A DNA stretch of 64,000 nucleotides, taken from positions 4,966,508-5,030,507 of the forward strand of contig MU058584.1 of assembly GCA_013265495.1 (NCBI GenBank), in the 5' to 3' direction. Below the pieces are notes generated by a model. It was not told the DNA's origin. It saw only the letters and a program-made list of their open reading frames with translations, and did no database searches. The translations under genes were made by a program, and so were the position numbers. Within the stretch, counting starts at the first letter, position 1, and each line of letters starts with the position of its first letter. The stretch comes from Vicugna vicugna. Lineage: Eukaryota. Positions 61,815 through 64,000 of this stretch are shown piece by piece.

Positions 61815-62293
61815 TTGGTTTGGATATAGACAAATGACAAATCTGGCCATTGGAACACGAGGAAAAGTCTGCTAGGACCTGCTAAGAAAAGTTAACTTGT
61901 TTTTAAAAAAGATACGGAAAGGAGATGGCGTCTTCCTCTGTGTGTTTTTATGTCTGGGTGATGTCACATGTGGAACTACTGTAGGGTCTTGTAACCGTGA
62001 GAACTACCCTGAGGACAAAATAAACCACAAAAAATGGTGGAACAGAGAGAGAAAAGTCTTGAATCCTTAACGTTCTTGCTATGAAATCAACTGACCTTGC
62101 AGTCACCCTATCTCTAGAATTCTAGCTTGGTGCATAGGAACTTTCTCATTGTTTAAACCTCTTACGGTTTTTTAAGTTTCTTAAAATAAAATTACATGCA
62201 TTAAAATACATCCTTTTTGCATAGAGTTCTATGAGTTTTGACAAATGCATTGGAGTTGTTTATTTGCTATACATTGTAAAGCATCCTTACTGA
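61815..62293 (+). mobile_element. MaLR LTR (MLT1-like) with a small L1 insert near its 3' end
   Basis: 'atgacaaatctggccattgg..gaggaaaagtctgctagg...ctcattgtttaaacc...aaagcatccttactga'; 62170-62250 resembles an antisense L1 3' end. Confidence 0.65.
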
Positions 62294-64000
62294 TTAATTC
62301 ATTTTATTCAGAAATATTTATTGTACATTAACTGTGCCAACCAGGTTCTGTGAAGAATATAAAATGAGACATAGCATGGCCCTTTGTTTTAAGGAAATAC
62401 TCATTTATTTCATACGAAACATTCAAATGAAGAATGATTCTATGGTACTATTACTTTGAAAGGAAACCTACCAGAATCTTTAGTTTCATTGATCCATTCA
62501 TTCAATTTGTTCCTGCAATAGACATTTGTTGCGTGCCTAGCACATGACTGTTCTTGTAGAGATATAGCCAGATAAGACCTACCCTTCCCTCAAAAGGAGT
62601 CAGAAAACTAAATTAAAATTTAAAATACAATGGAATGTCTCCTATGCAGTCTTCCCAAAACTTTTAATGAGTGTATTATTTATGGTGTATATAGATTTCA
62701 GCTTTGAAATAGAGTCAGTCTGTGCAGACTTTTTTCTGTTCTTCTAGTTTACAGACCCTTGAGGGGGTTAACAATCCATGTCTGACACATCCTGGACGCC
62801 CAGGATAACTAGCATGTTGTCTTGTCTATAGGAATTGCTCCAAGTAAGTACTTGCTCCCATTCTCTCCTCTCCACTTAACTATACAACTTTTGTTAATAT
62901 GCCCTCAATCTCATTCCCATCTTTGACCTATCCAGCCTTTGTATTTATATCGGTCTTTCTCAGCCTTTTCTTCCAGACTGAGGGAAAAAAATAAATTTGT
63001 AGGTAAGCCATTGGAGCTTCAAGGGAAGTTTTCAGGAAGTGGCAGAATCCGAGGTGAAATTAAGAAGGATTGAGTGTTGAGTAGAATTGGAAATGAAGGG
63101 AGTCAGTGATGAACTTGAGAATTTGGGATGAAAGGAAGGAGAGATATACGAAGGTCACTTAACTAATTTAGCAGGAAGTTTTGGATCAAGGTTTACTGAC
63201 AGAGAGAACACTTAGGCATATCTGCAGGGTGGGGTAAAGGATCCTGCGAAAGGAAATTCATTTCCCAACTGAAGGAGTCAGGTTAGCAGGAGGGATTCGC
63301 CTTGGAAGGTGGGGACTGCTTTATCTTTGGTTTAGGTGGGAATGAAGGGAGGATGGAAATAGGAACAGAGGAACATGGAAGTAGACGTCAGCGTTGACGA
63401 CCTGGTCCACCCAGCGCCACATGCCTCGTCTGTTCGTCCTTTACTTACACGTGAACAGACATCAAGTGAGCTTTTCTATAGTTCTGAAGCGGGGCTGAAG
63501 CCCAAAGATACAGAAAAGGGCTCTTAGTGCCCAACATTCTCAATTCAAAGATCTGCCAGGTCCTTTCCTAGGCACCAGGTCAGATCCCAGAACTCCTACA
63601 ACCTGTGTTTCCCCCTTTGCCAAGATAGCAGCCCCCAAGGATTGAGAGTGAAGAAGGGTCACTTGGGACGCACAGTGCATGGAAAGAGGCTCTGTCCTTC
63701 CCACCCACGGTAAGTGCTTTCCTCCCTGAAGCAGAGGTAAACGAAGAAGACTGTCCAAGAATTGTTAAGGTTTGCGGTTTTGGCATGCAAGGAACTTACT
63801 GGTATTGTATTCTTCAGCTGGTTTCTGTTTAGCCCGCTGACTCTCTGACCTACCCTGTACCACCTGAATAAGGAAAATAGAATTGGGAGAAAGAGTATGT
63901 GGGATGGTCTTTCTGAGAAGGATGCCAAGATGCCCCCTTCAATATCCAGTTCCCAGAAAGTACGGTGCTGCCTCCTGCACCTGCCCGCAAGAGTTAACTG

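Noticed and set aside
1..64000. Microbial-type novel system (defence island, CRISPR, operon, intact endogenous virus)
   Set aside because: Intron-containing mammalian locus with only short ORFs; no operon structure, arrays or gag/pol/env frames seen.

Overview
Mammalian genomic DNA, not microbial. A tRNA-derived SINE at ~19.7 kb and the young L1 3' ends resemble camelid (alpaca/camel) families; the species call is an inference. The only protein-coding gene I can support is a complete three-exon C-type chemokine, XCL1/lymphotactin, on the + strand: CDS join 6531-6591, 7126-7240, 8160-8325, 113 aa. It has GT-AG introns, the single Cys11-Cys48 pair, an NFAT/RUNX/ETS/T-box-type promoter and AATAAA at 8489. 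The remaining ~55 kb is gene-free. It consists of L1, L2, MIR, CR1/L3, LTR and hAT MITE remnants, microsatellites and a few repeat-poor stretches with CTCF-like and other motif clusters. I did not find a convincing new biological system. The best leads are lineage-specific changes in the metamorphic XCL1 protein (R23N, a new N-glycosylation sequon), its promoter and 3' end, an odd three-armed palindrome just downstream, and a candidate CTCF layout. Repeat family names and human XCL1 comparisons come from memory of consensus sequences, and repeat boundaries are approximate.
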